From a virus, in the IMG/VR virus record IMGVR_UViG_3300050821_009856, positions 1 through 64,000 of that record: a stretch of DNA of 64,000 nt. One strand, written 5' to 3'. Shown one piece after another: positions 27,484-36,859 of the stretch (its first letter is position 1; each line of letters opens with the position of its first letter). The position numbers were made by a program, and so were the translations under genes. The notes beneath the pieces are model-generated. The model ran no database searches. It was given only the letters and a program-made list of their open reading frames with translations, and was not told the DNA's origin.

Positions 27484-28262
27484 AGATGGGCACACCGCTT
27501 GTGAATCTCCTGGAGGGCATCAAAGCGTCTCAGGCCGATGCCGATGTAGACATCGACCAATACCCGATGAAGTACCGACCCGCCAAGGCTATCGCCAAGG
27601 CCGACGGCGCTAAGTCGCTGGAGGCTTTCAAGAACGAGTACGCTCGGGAGTTCGGAAATCGGTCCGCAGTGATTCTCATCACCGGCAGTGCCGCTGCCCA
27701 GCAGGCGTTCATGGCCGTGGCCAAGGAGATCGGCGGCACCAACCTCCTGTCTGCCTCTGCTCTGGAGGCCTATAGAAAGATGGCTGACGATGTAGAGCCG
27801 ACCATCGGCCGAGAGCGCGAGTTTGCCGGCACCCAGCTTGGGCATTTGCTTCGGTCTGTTGAGGCTGTTGGGAAGGAAGCTGGGTCGTCCTTCTTGAAGA
27901 CTCCGACCCTCATCGACGGCGTCTTCATCGTCCGCACCTTCGACGACCTGGTGACGGGCATCCGAGATCTGCTGCTCCCACAAGTCGGCGCCGTCCTCAA
28001 CCGGGATTACCTGCAAACGGTCCTCCTTCGTCAAGCAATTGAGCAGGAGTTCTCTGCGTCGACAGCCGCTATCGTCGTCACTGACGCTTCACCGAAGGAA
28101 ATCGAATTCTTCACTACCAACCTGTTCAACGGCGTCGGCATCGTCGTTGACTTGCCAGAAGACGTATCGAAGATTGACAACAAGTTCGTTGTTGCCACCT
28201 TTGATGCCCTGAGGGCAACCAAAAAGCAAGCCGACAACCTGCAGTTCAATTCCAGCCACTAA
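27480..28262 (+). CDS. Hypothetical protein
   Basis: ATG 27480 overlaps dnaE stop, GAGG RBS. Confidence 0.7.
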   Translation: MKMGTPLVNLLEGIKASQADADVDIDQYPMKYRPAKAIAKADGAKSLEAFKNEYAREFGNRSAVILITGSAAAQQAFMAVAKEIGGTNLLSASALEAYRKMADDVEPTIGREREFAGTQLGHLLRSVEAVGKEAGSSFLKTPTLIDGVFIVRTFDDLVTGIRDLLLPQVGAVLNRDYLQTVLLRQAIEQEFSASTAAIVVTDASPKEIEFFTTNLFNGVGIVVDLPEDVSKIDNKFVVATFDALRATKKQADNLQFNSSH

Positions 28263-28276
28263 CAAGAGGAAACACA

Positions 28277-29524
28277 ATGTCACTCCGCGATTCATTCGGT
28301 AAGCCCAAAGAGGGCGGCAAGTTCGAGATCATCACTGTTGGCGAAGGGGAGTCGAAAGTCTTCCGCTTCATGGCGCCGATGAAGTCTATGGCTCCCAAGG
28401 GTATCTGGGGTCGGTACATCAAGCAGCACTACGGCTACGGCGTCAAGGACAAGAAGAATCCTGATGGCAAGCTGCGGCTGCGCCCCTTCGAGTGTATCGA
28501 GGAGAAGGAAGAGTCTGGGCTCGTGACTACCAGCTGCCCTGAGGATCGGAACATCGAGAACCAGCGGCAGGCCGAGAAGGATGCCATTGCCGTCCGCACC
28601 GCGGATCTGCGCGCCAAAGGTGCCAGCAAGGCCGAGCTTGAGGCTGAAGAGGCGAACGTCCACAAGGCCTTCGCGGTGTGGTTCCGTGACCACAATCTCG
28701 ACTGCAAGTGGTTCATCCCTGTCAAGACTGAGGACGGCAAGTTCGGACTCCTCAAGATTCCACACAAGGGGAAGAAGGCCATTGACAAGGTCCGGACCAA
28801 GATGAAGAGTCAGAAGAAGCCCATCGAGATGTTGGACATCGACACCGGCTTCTGGGTTCGGGTCACTCGCACCGGCACCGGCCTTCAGACGGACTACGAG
28901 GCTGAGGTGGTGGTGGAGATGAAGACCCTGCCGAACGGCGAGGAGTACCCGGTCACCAAGCTGGCCCCGCTCAGCGATGCTGACCTGGAGCAAGCTCTGG
29001 CTAGCATCCCCGACCTTGGAAGTTCACAGCTGGTCCGTCGTCTGACCAAGGACCAGATCCAGATGTTGGTGGACTCGAAGGGGAATCCGGATGTCGTCGA
29101 GACGGTGCTCAACATGAGCCAGAAGGTCAAGACGGCCGACACCGTGGTCGAAGAGGACGAGGCCGAGGCCGAGCCGATTGTTACTACTGGAACTGTGGCA
29201 ACGACCAATCCGCCCCCGGTGCAGCTTACCGTTACCTTGCCGCCTTCGGTTCAGGTGACGCCGGCCGTGATGGTCGAACTGAAAGAGACCCACGCTACCG
29301 CAATGGCCGAGCTGGATGAAGAGGCCGAGCTGATGCGGAAGCTCCAAGAAACCCGGGCCAAGAAAGCCGCGGCAGCTGCCGCGACGACTTCGGCGCCGGT
29401 TCAACAGCCGGTTTCGAAACCGGCTACAGTCGTGAAGGCCGCAAACCCGCTGGATCCGTCGATGTCTGATGACGACTTCATGCGACTTTACGGCCCCGGC
29501 TCAACGGCTGCCTCAGCCCGATAG
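28277..29524 (+). CDS. Putative single-stranded DNA-binding protein (gp32-like)
   Basis: FRFMAP, QHYGY, C..SCP, GFWVRVTRTGTGLQTDY, acidic C-terminus (SDDDF); located in the replication/recombination cluster. Confidence 0.6.
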   Translation: MSLRDSFGKPKEGGKFEIITVGEGESKVFRFMAPMKSMAPKGIWGRYIKQHYGYGVKDKKNPDGKLRLRPFECIEEKEESGLVTTSCPEDRNIENQRQAEKDAIAVRTADLRAKGASKAELEAEEANVHKAFAVWFRDHNLDCKWFIPVKTEDGKFGLLKIPHKGKKAIDKVRTKMKSQKKPIEMLDIDTGFWVRVTRTGTGLQTDYEAEVVVEMKTLPNGEEYPVTKLAPLSDADLEQALASIPDLGSSQLVRRLTKDQIQMLVDSKGNPDVVETVLNMSQKVKTADTVVEEDEAEAEPIVTTGTVATTNPPPVQLTVTLPPSVQVTPAVMVELKETHATAMAELDEEAELMRKLQETRAKKAAAAAATTSAPVQQPVSKPATVVKAANPLDPSMSDDDFMRLYGPGSTAASAR

Positions 29525-29532
29525 AGGACTTC

Positions 29533-29557
29533 GGGGCCCGCAAGGGCCCCAAATTTT
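29533..29557 (+). terminator. Putative intrinsic terminator
   Basis: GGGGCCC-GCAA-GGGCCCC hairpin followed by AAATTTT, just after the SSB stop. Confidence 0.6.
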
Positions 29558-29559
29558 CC

Positions 29560-30213
29560 ATGCAACTAGACATCCCGATTGTTCCGAAGGACGGTACGTC
29601 GGTCCTCAGCTTCAACATGGACCGCATCTACCAGGCTGAGCGTCGAAACGACGAGATCGCCATCGCCAACGAGCACAAAGCTCCTGAGTTGATGGCCTTC
29701 TTTAACCGGGCGTACATCGACGCCACTGACTACAGTAACGCCCTGGCTGCGGAAGTGATGAGGGCTAAGAAGCTGGCCGAGAGACGGAAGTCGTCAGTCA
29801 TTTTGGACGAGGTCCCACGGATCCTACGGGAGAAGGGGCTCGTTCCCGAGGGCAGCTCCAAAATCAGTGGAACGGTGCTTCAGCAGGAGGCCATCCTCAC
29901 TCAGGACGTCGAGTACCAGGCTGCAGTCGACCTGGTGGACGGGTTGAATCACTACAAGGACTTGATGGACAGGAAGATGAAGACCATCGAGAACATGTAC
30001 CTGGGCGTCCGGAAGATGATCGGCGGCGACAGGATGCAGTGGGTAGGGCGTGGGACATCGGCAGGTGCGCCGGTGCTTGAAGACGAGACCTCCAAGTCGG
30101 TACGGGAACACGCCGCGGCTTGGGCTCCTAAAGGGGAGAGCGCTAGTCCGCTGCCGCCGCTACCGCCGCAACCTCGTACCCTGAGATCCTCCTTCGGATC
30201 TCCGCGGGACTAG
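29560..30213 (+). CDS. Hypothetical protein, possible UvsY-like recombination mediator
   Basis: Helical, between SSB and RecA; ILTQDVEYQ segment. Confidence 0.45.
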   Translation: MQLDIPIVPKDGTSVLSFNMDRIYQAERRNDEIAIANEHKAPELMAFFNRAYIDATDYSNALAAEVMRAKKLAERRKSSVILDEVPRILREKGLVPEGSSKISGTVLQQEAILTQDVEYQAAVDLVDGLNHYKDLMDRKMKTIENMYLGVRKMIGGDRMQWVGRGTSAGAPVLEDETSKSVREHAAAWAPKGESASPLPPLPPQPRTLRSSFGSPRD

Positions 30214-30240
30214 CCCGCTATCTTCAGTTAGGAGAACAAC

Positions 30241-31374
30241 ATGGGTAAGACCAATTGGAAGTCCAAGCTGGCTACGCTTGAGGGGGCCGTTGACACCTCA
30301 GTGCAGCGGAACATCCACTCAACGGTCATCCAGACCGTGTCGCCAAGCATTAACTTCACCTATGGCCGCGGTTGGGGCTTGCCTAAGGGGTTCTCGCTCG
30401 TCCTGTACGGTCCTCCGAAGGCCGGCAAGTCTGTCCTTACGTACATGCACGCCGCCGGAGTTCAGCATGACTACCCCGAGGACTTCGTCCTCAAGTTCAA
30501 CACCGAGTTCCGTGAAGAGGGACAGCTCGACGCGAAGGGGATGCAGATCTTCGGCATCGACAAGGACCGGTACCAGGGCATCAATGTCAACAACCCAGGC
30601 CTGATTTACGATACCATCGAGCAGAAGGTTGCTGCCTGGTGCGCTGACGGCATGAAGGTCGGCCTGATCATCATCGACAGCCTTAATGGTGTCCAGGGCC
30701 GGCGTGTCCAGGAATCCGTTATGGATCAGACCATCGGTGACGTGGCACAGACCAACAAGGAAGGCCTCAAGCGCATCTTGCCGGTTCAACGCAAGTACGG
30801 CTTCAGCCTCATCTTGACGTCACACGTTGCTATCGAGATGGACCCCATCGAGCAGAAGCGTGGCAACAAGTTCAAGATGGGGGCCAGCGTCGGCGTCCAG
30901 CACCACGGCGAGTACTTCATGTACGTTGAGTCGAGCAAGAACAAGGCTGACCTGGCAGACCTGCTTGGGAAAGAGTTCCGAGACGAGTCGACCAAGGATC
31001 TGTTCGGTGCCGACGGTAAGGGCGAGCAAACCGGATTCAAGATTCGTGCGACCATGAAGGAGTCCACCTTCGGGATCCGCGGTCGCACCGGTCAGTTCAC
31101 CTGGGATTACGCCAAGGGTGTCATCAACCAGCATGAGGAGGTCTTCTTGCTGGCTACGCGCCGAAACATCATCGAGCGGCCAAACAACACCTCGTACATC
31201 TTCAAGGACCAGAAGTGGGTGGGCAAAGAGACGATGATTTCTGCCCTCAAGGACTCCACAGAGCTGCAGGGCGCCATCCTCAAGGAGCTACAGGATCGTG
31301 ACCTCCAGGGTCGCTTGGTGGCCTACGACCAGGTTGAGGCAGCTGCAGCTGCCGACCCCGAGCTGGAGGAGTAA
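30241..31374 (+). CDS. recA: RecA/UvsX-like recombinase
   Basis: YGPPKAGKS, NTE, IIIDSL; AGGAG RBS. Confidence 0.82.
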   Translation: MGKTNWKSKLATLEGAVDTSVQRNIHSTVIQTVSPSINFTYGRGWGLPKGFSLVLYGPPKAGKSVLTYMHAAGVQHDYPEDFVLKFNTEFREEGQLDAKGMQIFGIDKDRYQGINVNNPGLIYDTIEQKVAAWCADGMKVGLIIIDSLNGVQGRRVQESVMDQTIGDVAQTNKEGLKRILPVQRKYGFSLILTSHVAIEMDPIEQKRGNKFKMGASVGVQHHGEYFMYVESSKNKADLADLLGKEFRDESTKDLFGADGKGEQTGFKIRATMKESTFGIRGRTGQFTWDYAKGVINQHEEVFLLATRRNIIERPNNTSYIFKDQKWVGKETMISALKDSTELQGAILKELQDRDLQGRLVAYDQVEAAAAADPELEE

Positions 31375-32465
31375 TGCCAGGCCTCCAGCGTGGAGGCTGT
31401 CGTCCGGAAGCACTCCGAGAGTTCATCGAGTCGTCTGGTCTGAAGTTTCGTCCTGGCGCGAAATCCTGGATCTTCGAGTGTCCCAAGTGCGGTAAGAGGG
31501 ACAAGCTCTACATCCGCAGGTCAGACGGCGCCTACATCTGCTGGTACTGTGCAGAGACCATCGGCTACAAGGGTAGGAACCCGGAGTACGCACTCGCCGA
31601 CCTGATGAACATCAGCGTTGCCGCCGTTAAAGAGAAGCTCTACGGCGTTAGTGCCCCAGAAGATGGCGGTACTCCGTGGGTGAACATCAAGCTCCAGGAC
31701 TTCTACGCTGAGATAGATGAGCTAGACGAGGACCTGGAAATCTTTCAGATGCAGGAGCGGCTCTGGCCGCCCGATTACTACGACCTTGGTCAGGCCTGGA
31801 GTCAGCCCGGTCGCCAGTATTTGCTTGGCCGCGGCATCGATGACGACCTGATTCGGTACTACCACCTGCGATACGACCCGAGCCGAGAGCGTGTCATCTT
31901 CCCGGTTGAATATCAGGGGAAGCTCTACGGTTGGCAAGCCCGTTACATCAAGCCTGACTCGGGTGTGAACCCGGAGACAGGAGTCGAGTGGCGGATCCCC
32001 AAGATTCTTACAAGTGACCCGTTCGAGCGCGAGAAGATCGTCATGTTCGCCGATCAGCTAGATGGGGCCAAGCAAGCAATCATCTGCGAGGGTCCAGTCG
32101 ATGCCATCAAGTGCCATGCCTGCCACCCTGAAGGGCAGCCAGGTGGCAACGTCGTCACCATGGGGAAGGCCGTGTCGACACGTCAGATAGCCTTCATCCG
32201 GAATGCCGGCATCCATCAGATCTACCTGGGGCTCGATCCTGATGCGGCCCAGGAAATTCCGCGGCTGGTTCAAGCCTTCCCTGACTGCAAGCTGTTCCTG
32301 ATGCGCCCATCCAAAGGGGCTAAGGCGCCAGACGGGAAGCCGGCCAAGGACCTCGGAGACCTAGACCTGGAGACTGCTCGCGGTGCCTGGTTGAGTGCCG
32401 AGCCGATCCGCCCCGGGATGATTTTCGTTTACCTGGACCCGGGTGGCATCCCCCGTTGGCGATGA
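31374..32465 (+). CDS. DnaG-type DNA primase
   Basis: Zinc finger CPKC..CWYC, YLLGRGI, RVIFPV, GWQAR, TOPRIM CEGPVDA and LDPDA, KDLGD. Confidence 0.88.
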   Translation: MPGLQRGGCRPEALREFIESSGLKFRPGAKSWIFECPKCGKRDKLYIRRSDGAYICWYCAETIGYKGRNPEYALADLMNISVAAVKEKLYGVSAPEDGGTPWVNIKLQDFYAEIDELDEDLEIFQMQERLWPPDYYDLGQAWSQPGRQYLLGRGIDDDLIRYYHLRYDPSRERVIFPVEYQGKLYGWQARYIKPDSGVNPETGVEWRIPKILTSDPFEREKIVMFADQLDGAKQAIICEGPVDAIKCHACHPEGQPGGNVVTMGKAVSTRQIAFIRNAGIHQIYLGLDPDAAQEIPRLVQAFPDCKLFLMRPSKGAKAPDGKPAKDLGDLDLETARGAWLSAEPIRPGMIFVYLDPGGIPRWR

Positions 32466-33746
32466 CTTCTTGCTCCGACACGGCTTGCAGTAGGACTGGC
32501 GTTTGACGTATTTCGGACGTCCCGCGTCGTCCCTCTCCATGACTCGCACACCGATGTCTGCCTTGGGCAACTCCAAGTGACACTTCCGGCACTCCAGGAG
32601 ATCCGGCAAGCTTACAAAAAAGGTGTCGATGATGTTGGTCGGAGAGCAAGTCTGACAATCCAGGCGGTGGACCTTCAGCTCACCGCGGGCCCCAGTCCTG
32701 ACTGTCTCCCGGTTGCTGTCAGCCAACATGGTGATGATGGAAATGAATTCCGAGTGTGGGAACTTCCGCAGATCCGAACTGAACTTCATGGGGTCACAGG
32801 CCTGGCAGGTGGTCCAGTGCTGACCCAGCATCTTCCTCGCCGCGGATCTGATATCCGATTCGTAACCGGCAATGAACTGGTGTCGGAGAGTCCTCAGCAG
32901 CTCATCGTGGTCCAGATCTTCAACCTCCGACCAGACGTCCACCTCGGATTCGTTCTTGACGGCGCAGAGGGACATCTCTCCTCCTTCTCCGTACTGACGA
33001 ACGTGGTGAATGTCCAATCCCAGGTCGATGGTCTCTTCGTCGACCAGGATGTTCGCCGCCTTCCGACGCAACAGGGGGAGCAGATCCGAGTAGAAACGCT
33101 GCTGCAAGTACGAGCAGAGCATCTTCCCGTTCTCTCCCTTCTTAGCGTTGATTTTTCGCCATCGGCCGTGAAAGTTCGTCAGGTAGATCATGGCGTACGT
33201 CTCCAGGTCCGAGACGTCGAAGGCCATGTTCTGGCAGAGCCTGAGGTTGTTCCTGTAGAACTTGTGGCAGTACCATTCCATGATTCGCCGGTAGTCATCG
33301 TCGGCGTACACGGAGGCGGGCAAGTTCGCCACCTGGCGGAACTCTCTGTGTCGGATAGCGACAAGTTCGGGGGCGTCTTCCGACTTCACGCGGTCCGGCC
33401 GGGTCGTCCCACAATCGGGATTCGGGCAGATCTTCTCGTCAGTCAGTTCCTGGTGGCAGCGCATGCACCTGCGAGCCCCGCGGTCTACCGGCTGGGGGCG
33501 CCCGTAGCCAGCTGCCTCCGTGACGGTCCAGAAGACCTTCAGGGCCTTGTCAAGTGGTGCCGTCAGGTCGTCGGCGCGGATCGCGGTCCCTGCTGTTGGC
33601 TGATCCACGACGATCTTCACGGGGATCTCTCCGACAGTCAGGTCTCGGTCAGCTGCCTGGTCCAGTCGATACGGGACCTTGACGGCGTCCAACCAGCCAA
33701 CCAGAATCGTAAGTGCTCGGGACTCTTTCAACTTCATGGATCTCAT
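32361..33746 (-). CDS. Multi-zinc-finger protein with sigma region 2-like segment (putative transcription regulator)
   Basis: Likely start 33746 (GGAGG RBS); FDVSDLETYAMIYL..SYLQQRF, two HxxxCxxC motifs, CxxC pairs at both ends. Confidence 0.55.
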   Translation of the reverse strand: MRSMKLKESRALTILVGWLDAVKVPYRLDQAADRDLTVGEIPVKIVVDQPTAGTAIRADDLTAPLDKALKVFWTVTEAAGYGRPQPVDRGARRCMRCHQELTDEKICPNPDCGTTRPDRVKSEDAPELVAIRHREFRQVANLPASVYADDDYRRIMEWYCHKFYRNNLRLCQNMAFDVSDLETYAMIYLTNFHGRWRKINAKKGENGKMLCSYLQQRFYSDLLPLLRRKAANILVDEETIDLGLDIHHVRQYGEGGEMSLCAVKNESEVDVWSEVEDLDHDELLRTLRHQFIAGYESDIRSAARKMLGQHWTTCQACDPMKFSSDLRKFPHSEFISIITMLADSNRETVRTGARGELKVHRLDCQTCSPTNIIDTFFVSLPDLLECRKCHLELPKADIGVRVMERDDAGRPKYVKRQSYCKPCRSKKSSPTGDATRVQVNENHPGADRLGTQPGTASSLQV

Positions 33747-33803
33747 CGGGCCTCCGCCGCTATCGTGTCGTTGCAGGTGGTTACGGTGCTCATCTTCCAA
33801 CAG

Positions 33804-33833
33804 ACTGTAAGGAGTTCCAGCACCGGCTGTCAA
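33804..33833 (-). promoter_or_regulatory. Sigma70-like promoter TTGACA-18-TACAGT
   Basis: Upstream of ATG 33746. Confidence 0.6.
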
Positions 33834-33888
33834 GTCGTGTGTCGGTGTAAGTTCAGCAACTACAGTCGTTTGAGGGGTCGTCAAGCCG

Positions 33889-35403
33889 ATGGACAGTAGC
33901 GCTGCGGAAGAGGCCGAACGGCGAGCCGTTGAGCCGAAAGTAGGGGATCAGCTCCCCTTCAGCCCCGCCAAGCAAGATGCCGTACTTGGCCATCTCCTGA
34001 TGAACAGGACGTTTTTCCTGACTTGCAAGGACAGAATTAAGCCTAGCTGGTTTGCTGAGGGGCTGTCTCAACGCGTTTGGACTGCCGCCCTGGACTATTA
34101 CCAGCAATTCCAGCTGATTCCGAGAGCGGACACCGATCTGCTCCAGCATAACCTGATCCAGAGAGAACGCCAGGACCTTCGTAACGCCGTCGAGGCCAAA
34201 ATCAAAGGGGCCATGCACCAGGCCACCCTCTACCACCTGAAGGCCATCGAGACCGAGCTAACGGATTGGCTCCGGGCCCGGCTGTACTTCGAGGGGGTCA
34301 ACAAGAGCGCCGAGACCTGGAACCGCGGCCAGCTCGTGACCGCCTACGATATCCTCGGTAAGGCCTACCGAGAAATCCAGGGTACGGTATTCCATCCGGA
34401 CACCGCAGCCAGCTTCAAGGACCTGAAAGCGCTGACCAACAAGGTCCAACTGGATATTCAGAACGCCCTGACCTTTGGATCGACCATTGTCGACAAGCTC
34501 ATCCTGAAGAACGCTGTCTCTGGCGGTCTTCTGCCCGGCGGCACAACCATCCTGGTAGCACCGACCGACATCGGCAAGACAACCACGCTCATGACCATCG
34601 CTTGCGCGAACATGAAGCTCGGGAAGTCCGTACTGTTCATCGCCCACGAGGGCATCGAAGCGCAGCTGCAGCTGAAGTTCCTTTGCTGCATGTTGGGGGA
34701 GACCCTCGATTGGTTTTTGTCGAATCTCTCGAATCCGGATCCGAGCATTCAGAGGCGTATCACCAGGGCCCAGGTCATCCTCGATAACAAGCTGACGTTC
34801 ATCCACTACGTCAAGGCAGGGATGACTGTCGAGCAGGTAATGGCCATCATCCGACGGCGCCAGGAAGAGCGCCTGGTAACCACTGGCCATGGGTACGACC
34901 TACTGGTCGACGACTACGCTGCGAAGCTTACCACTGAGGAAGCAAAGCACGGGAAGCTTGAGAAGCGGCAACGCGACGAAATCGTGTACCGCCAGTTCAT
35001 CGATATTGCCCTTGAGTTCGAGTTCCATCATCTGGGTGCCATCCAGACAAATCGCGAGGGCTCTAAAATCAACCGCGGCTTCAAAGGCTATGAGGACCGA
35101 CTCTTGGAGATGGAGGACGTGAGCGAGAGCATGTCGGTGATGAACGACGCTCACTGTGTAATCACCATTAACCGGCCGCCGATTGCCATGGCCCAAGAGT
35201 GGGTTACCTATCACATCTCCAAGTCGAAGTTTGGTTCGACCGGTTGGGCAATTATCTGCAGATCGAACTTCGGTTGCGGTGTCTCCCACAGCAATGACCT
35301 TGGGGGCATCTGGTATCGGGGTAGTAGCAGTGGCTCGGAGCGGATCGACCAGCTCCTGACGGCCTATAACAACCAACAGCTGCCAGCTACCGAGAAACTC
35401 TAG
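33889..35403 (+). CDS. Replicative DNA helicase (DnaB/gp41-like)
   Basis: APTDIGKTT, FIAHE, VDDY, AIQTNREG, SES, SKSK. Confidence 0.85.
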   Translation: MDSSAAEEAERRAVEPKVGDQLPFSPAKQDAVLGHLLMNRTFFLTCKDRIKPSWFAEGLSQRVWTAALDYYQQFQLIPRADTDLLQHNLIQRERQDLRNAVEAKIKGAMHQATLYHLKAIETELTDWLRARLYFEGVNKSAETWNRGQLVTAYDILGKAYREIQGTVFHPDTAASFKDLKALTNKVQLDIQNALTFGSTIVDKLILKNAVSGGLLPGGTTILVAPTDIGKTTTLMTIACANMKLGKSVLFIAHEGIEAQLQLKFLCCMLGETLDWFLSNLSNPDPSIQRRITRAQVILDNKLTFIHYVKAGMTVEQVMAIIRRRQEERLVTTGHGYDLLVDDYAAKLTTEEAKHGKLEKRQRDEIVYRQFIDIALEFEFHHLGAIQTNREGSKINRGFKGYEDRLLEMEDVSESMSVMNDAHCVITINRPPIAMAQEWVTYHISKSKFGSTGWAIICRSNFGCGVSHSNDLGGIWYRGSSSGSERIDQLLTAYNNQQLPATEKL

Positions 35404-35417
35404 GCTATTATCCTCGC

Positions 35418-36020
35418 ATGGGCAAACCCACCGAGAAAGAGTTGAGGCAGCAGGCCGACCAAGCAGACTCCCTTGTAGCTGCTGTCGGCAACGCCCAGAA
35501 CCTGAGATTCGAGCCACTCAGTAGGACCATCTTCCTCTGGTCTGACATTGAAAACGAGGCGGCCTGTCAGTTCGGCGTGACACTGATGGTTGTGGATCAG
35601 ACGCTGGGCCCAATCAGACTCGTGATGAATAGCTGTGGCGGCCACTCCGAGGCAGGTCTGGCCATCTACGATGCCATCAAGACGGCCAAGAACCGCGTGG
35701 ACATCGACGTCTATGGGGCCTGCGAGAGTATCGCCGCAATTATTCTGCAGGCCGGGCAGCGTCGACGGTTGTCGCGAAACACCGAGTTCATGGTGCATGA
35801 CGGTTCCATTCAAATGGACGGCTGGGAATCTGCCAGGGACCTAGCCATCTGCAGCAAGCAGCTCGGCAACGTGAATCGACAGATGCACAAGCTCCTGGCC
35901 AGTCGATCGAAAATGTCCGAGGCCGCGATTAGGAATCGATGCCGCAATGACTTCTATTTGACGGCCGATCAGGCGGTCCGGCTCGGCTTCGCCGACGAAA
36001 TCATCAAGGAGACCAGATGA
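35418..36020 (+). CDS. clpP: ClpP-like protease
   Basis: MNSCGG, GACESIAAIILQAG (Ser), FMVH (His), DFYLTADQAVRLGFADEI (Asp). Confidence 0.85.
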   Translation: MGKPTEKELRQQADQADSLVAAVGNAQNLRFEPLSRTIFLWSDIENEAACQFGVTLMVVDQTLGPIRLVMNSCGGHSEAGLAIYDAIKTAKNRVDIDVYGACESIAAIILQAGQRRRLSRNTEFMVHDGSIQMDGWESARDLAICSKQLGNVNRQMHKLLASRSKMSEAAIRNRCRNDFYLTADQAVRLGFADEIIKETR

Positions 36021-36859
36021 ACATCGACCTTAAACCTGTCGGAGATGCTGCGCTGCAGCTGCTTCTGAAGCATGTTCGAACGGTCCTGACTGTTCTGGCG
36101 TTCGCCGTCCTTGCGCTCGTCGCGACCGTAAAGATTCACGGGCTGCAGAGCCAGGTCACCCTGGCCCAGAATCAGGCCGCCCTTGCATCTAAGACGGTAG
36201 AGGAAGACAAGGGAGTCTTTGAACGCCAGGTCCAGGCCGACAAGTCAGCTCTGCAATCTATGCTCAAGGGATCGGATCAGCAGCTCCAGGAACTCAGGGG
36301 TCTGCTGAAGCAGAAGAGTGAGCAGCTGGACAACGCCACCACTGTGTCGGTTCAGCTTCGGAAGGCTCTTCAGGCTCAGACCACGGCCGTACAGACGCAG
36401 CAGCAGCCTCCTGCAGCCGGAGGCGGTCCGTCTGCTACTTCTCGGGTTCGAGTGGACTTCGACCACGACTTCGGCTGGCTCCGCGTGACCGGCTACACGT
36501 TGACGGATCCGGCATACGGATTTCTGACCATTAATAACGGCAGCCGCCCCCTGAAGCTGACAGTTGCTCTCAGCAAGGACAGGCAGAACGCCTGGCACGC
36601 CTACGTGACGTCGTCGGATGTCGCCATCAGCGCCGATGTACTGATTGCCGCGGTTGACCCGTCGATTCGTGACGTGAAGTGGTACGAGCGTCTAGGCGTT
36701 ATGGGCAACGTAGGGGTCGGTGATGGGTTGCTCGTTGGTGCAGGGCTGACTCTAGATATTGGCCGCTTTACTGTCGGCCCGGCGGTCTGGTTGAGCGTCA
36801 ATTCCCAGGTCAGCAAGTACTACGGTATCGCCGCGGTCTGGCGGCCGTTCGCTCGATGA
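36017..36859 (+). CDS. Membrane-anchored coiled-coil protein
   Basis: N-terminal TM helix, coiled coil, C-terminal amphipathic beta strands. Confidence 0.6.
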   Translation: MNIDLKPVGDAALQLLLKHVRTVLTVLAFAVLALVATVKIHGLQSQVTLAQNQAALASKTVEEDKGVFERQVQADKSALQSMLKGSDQQLQELRGLLKQKSEQLDNATTVSVQLRKALQAQTTAVQTQQQPPAAGGGPSATSRVRVDFDHDFGWLRVTGYTLTDPAYGFLTINNGSRPLKLTVALSKDRQNAWHAYVTSSDVAISADVLIAAVDPSIRDVKWYERLGVMGNVGVGDGLLVGAGLTLDIGRFTVGPAVWLSVNSQVSKYYGIAAVWRPFAR

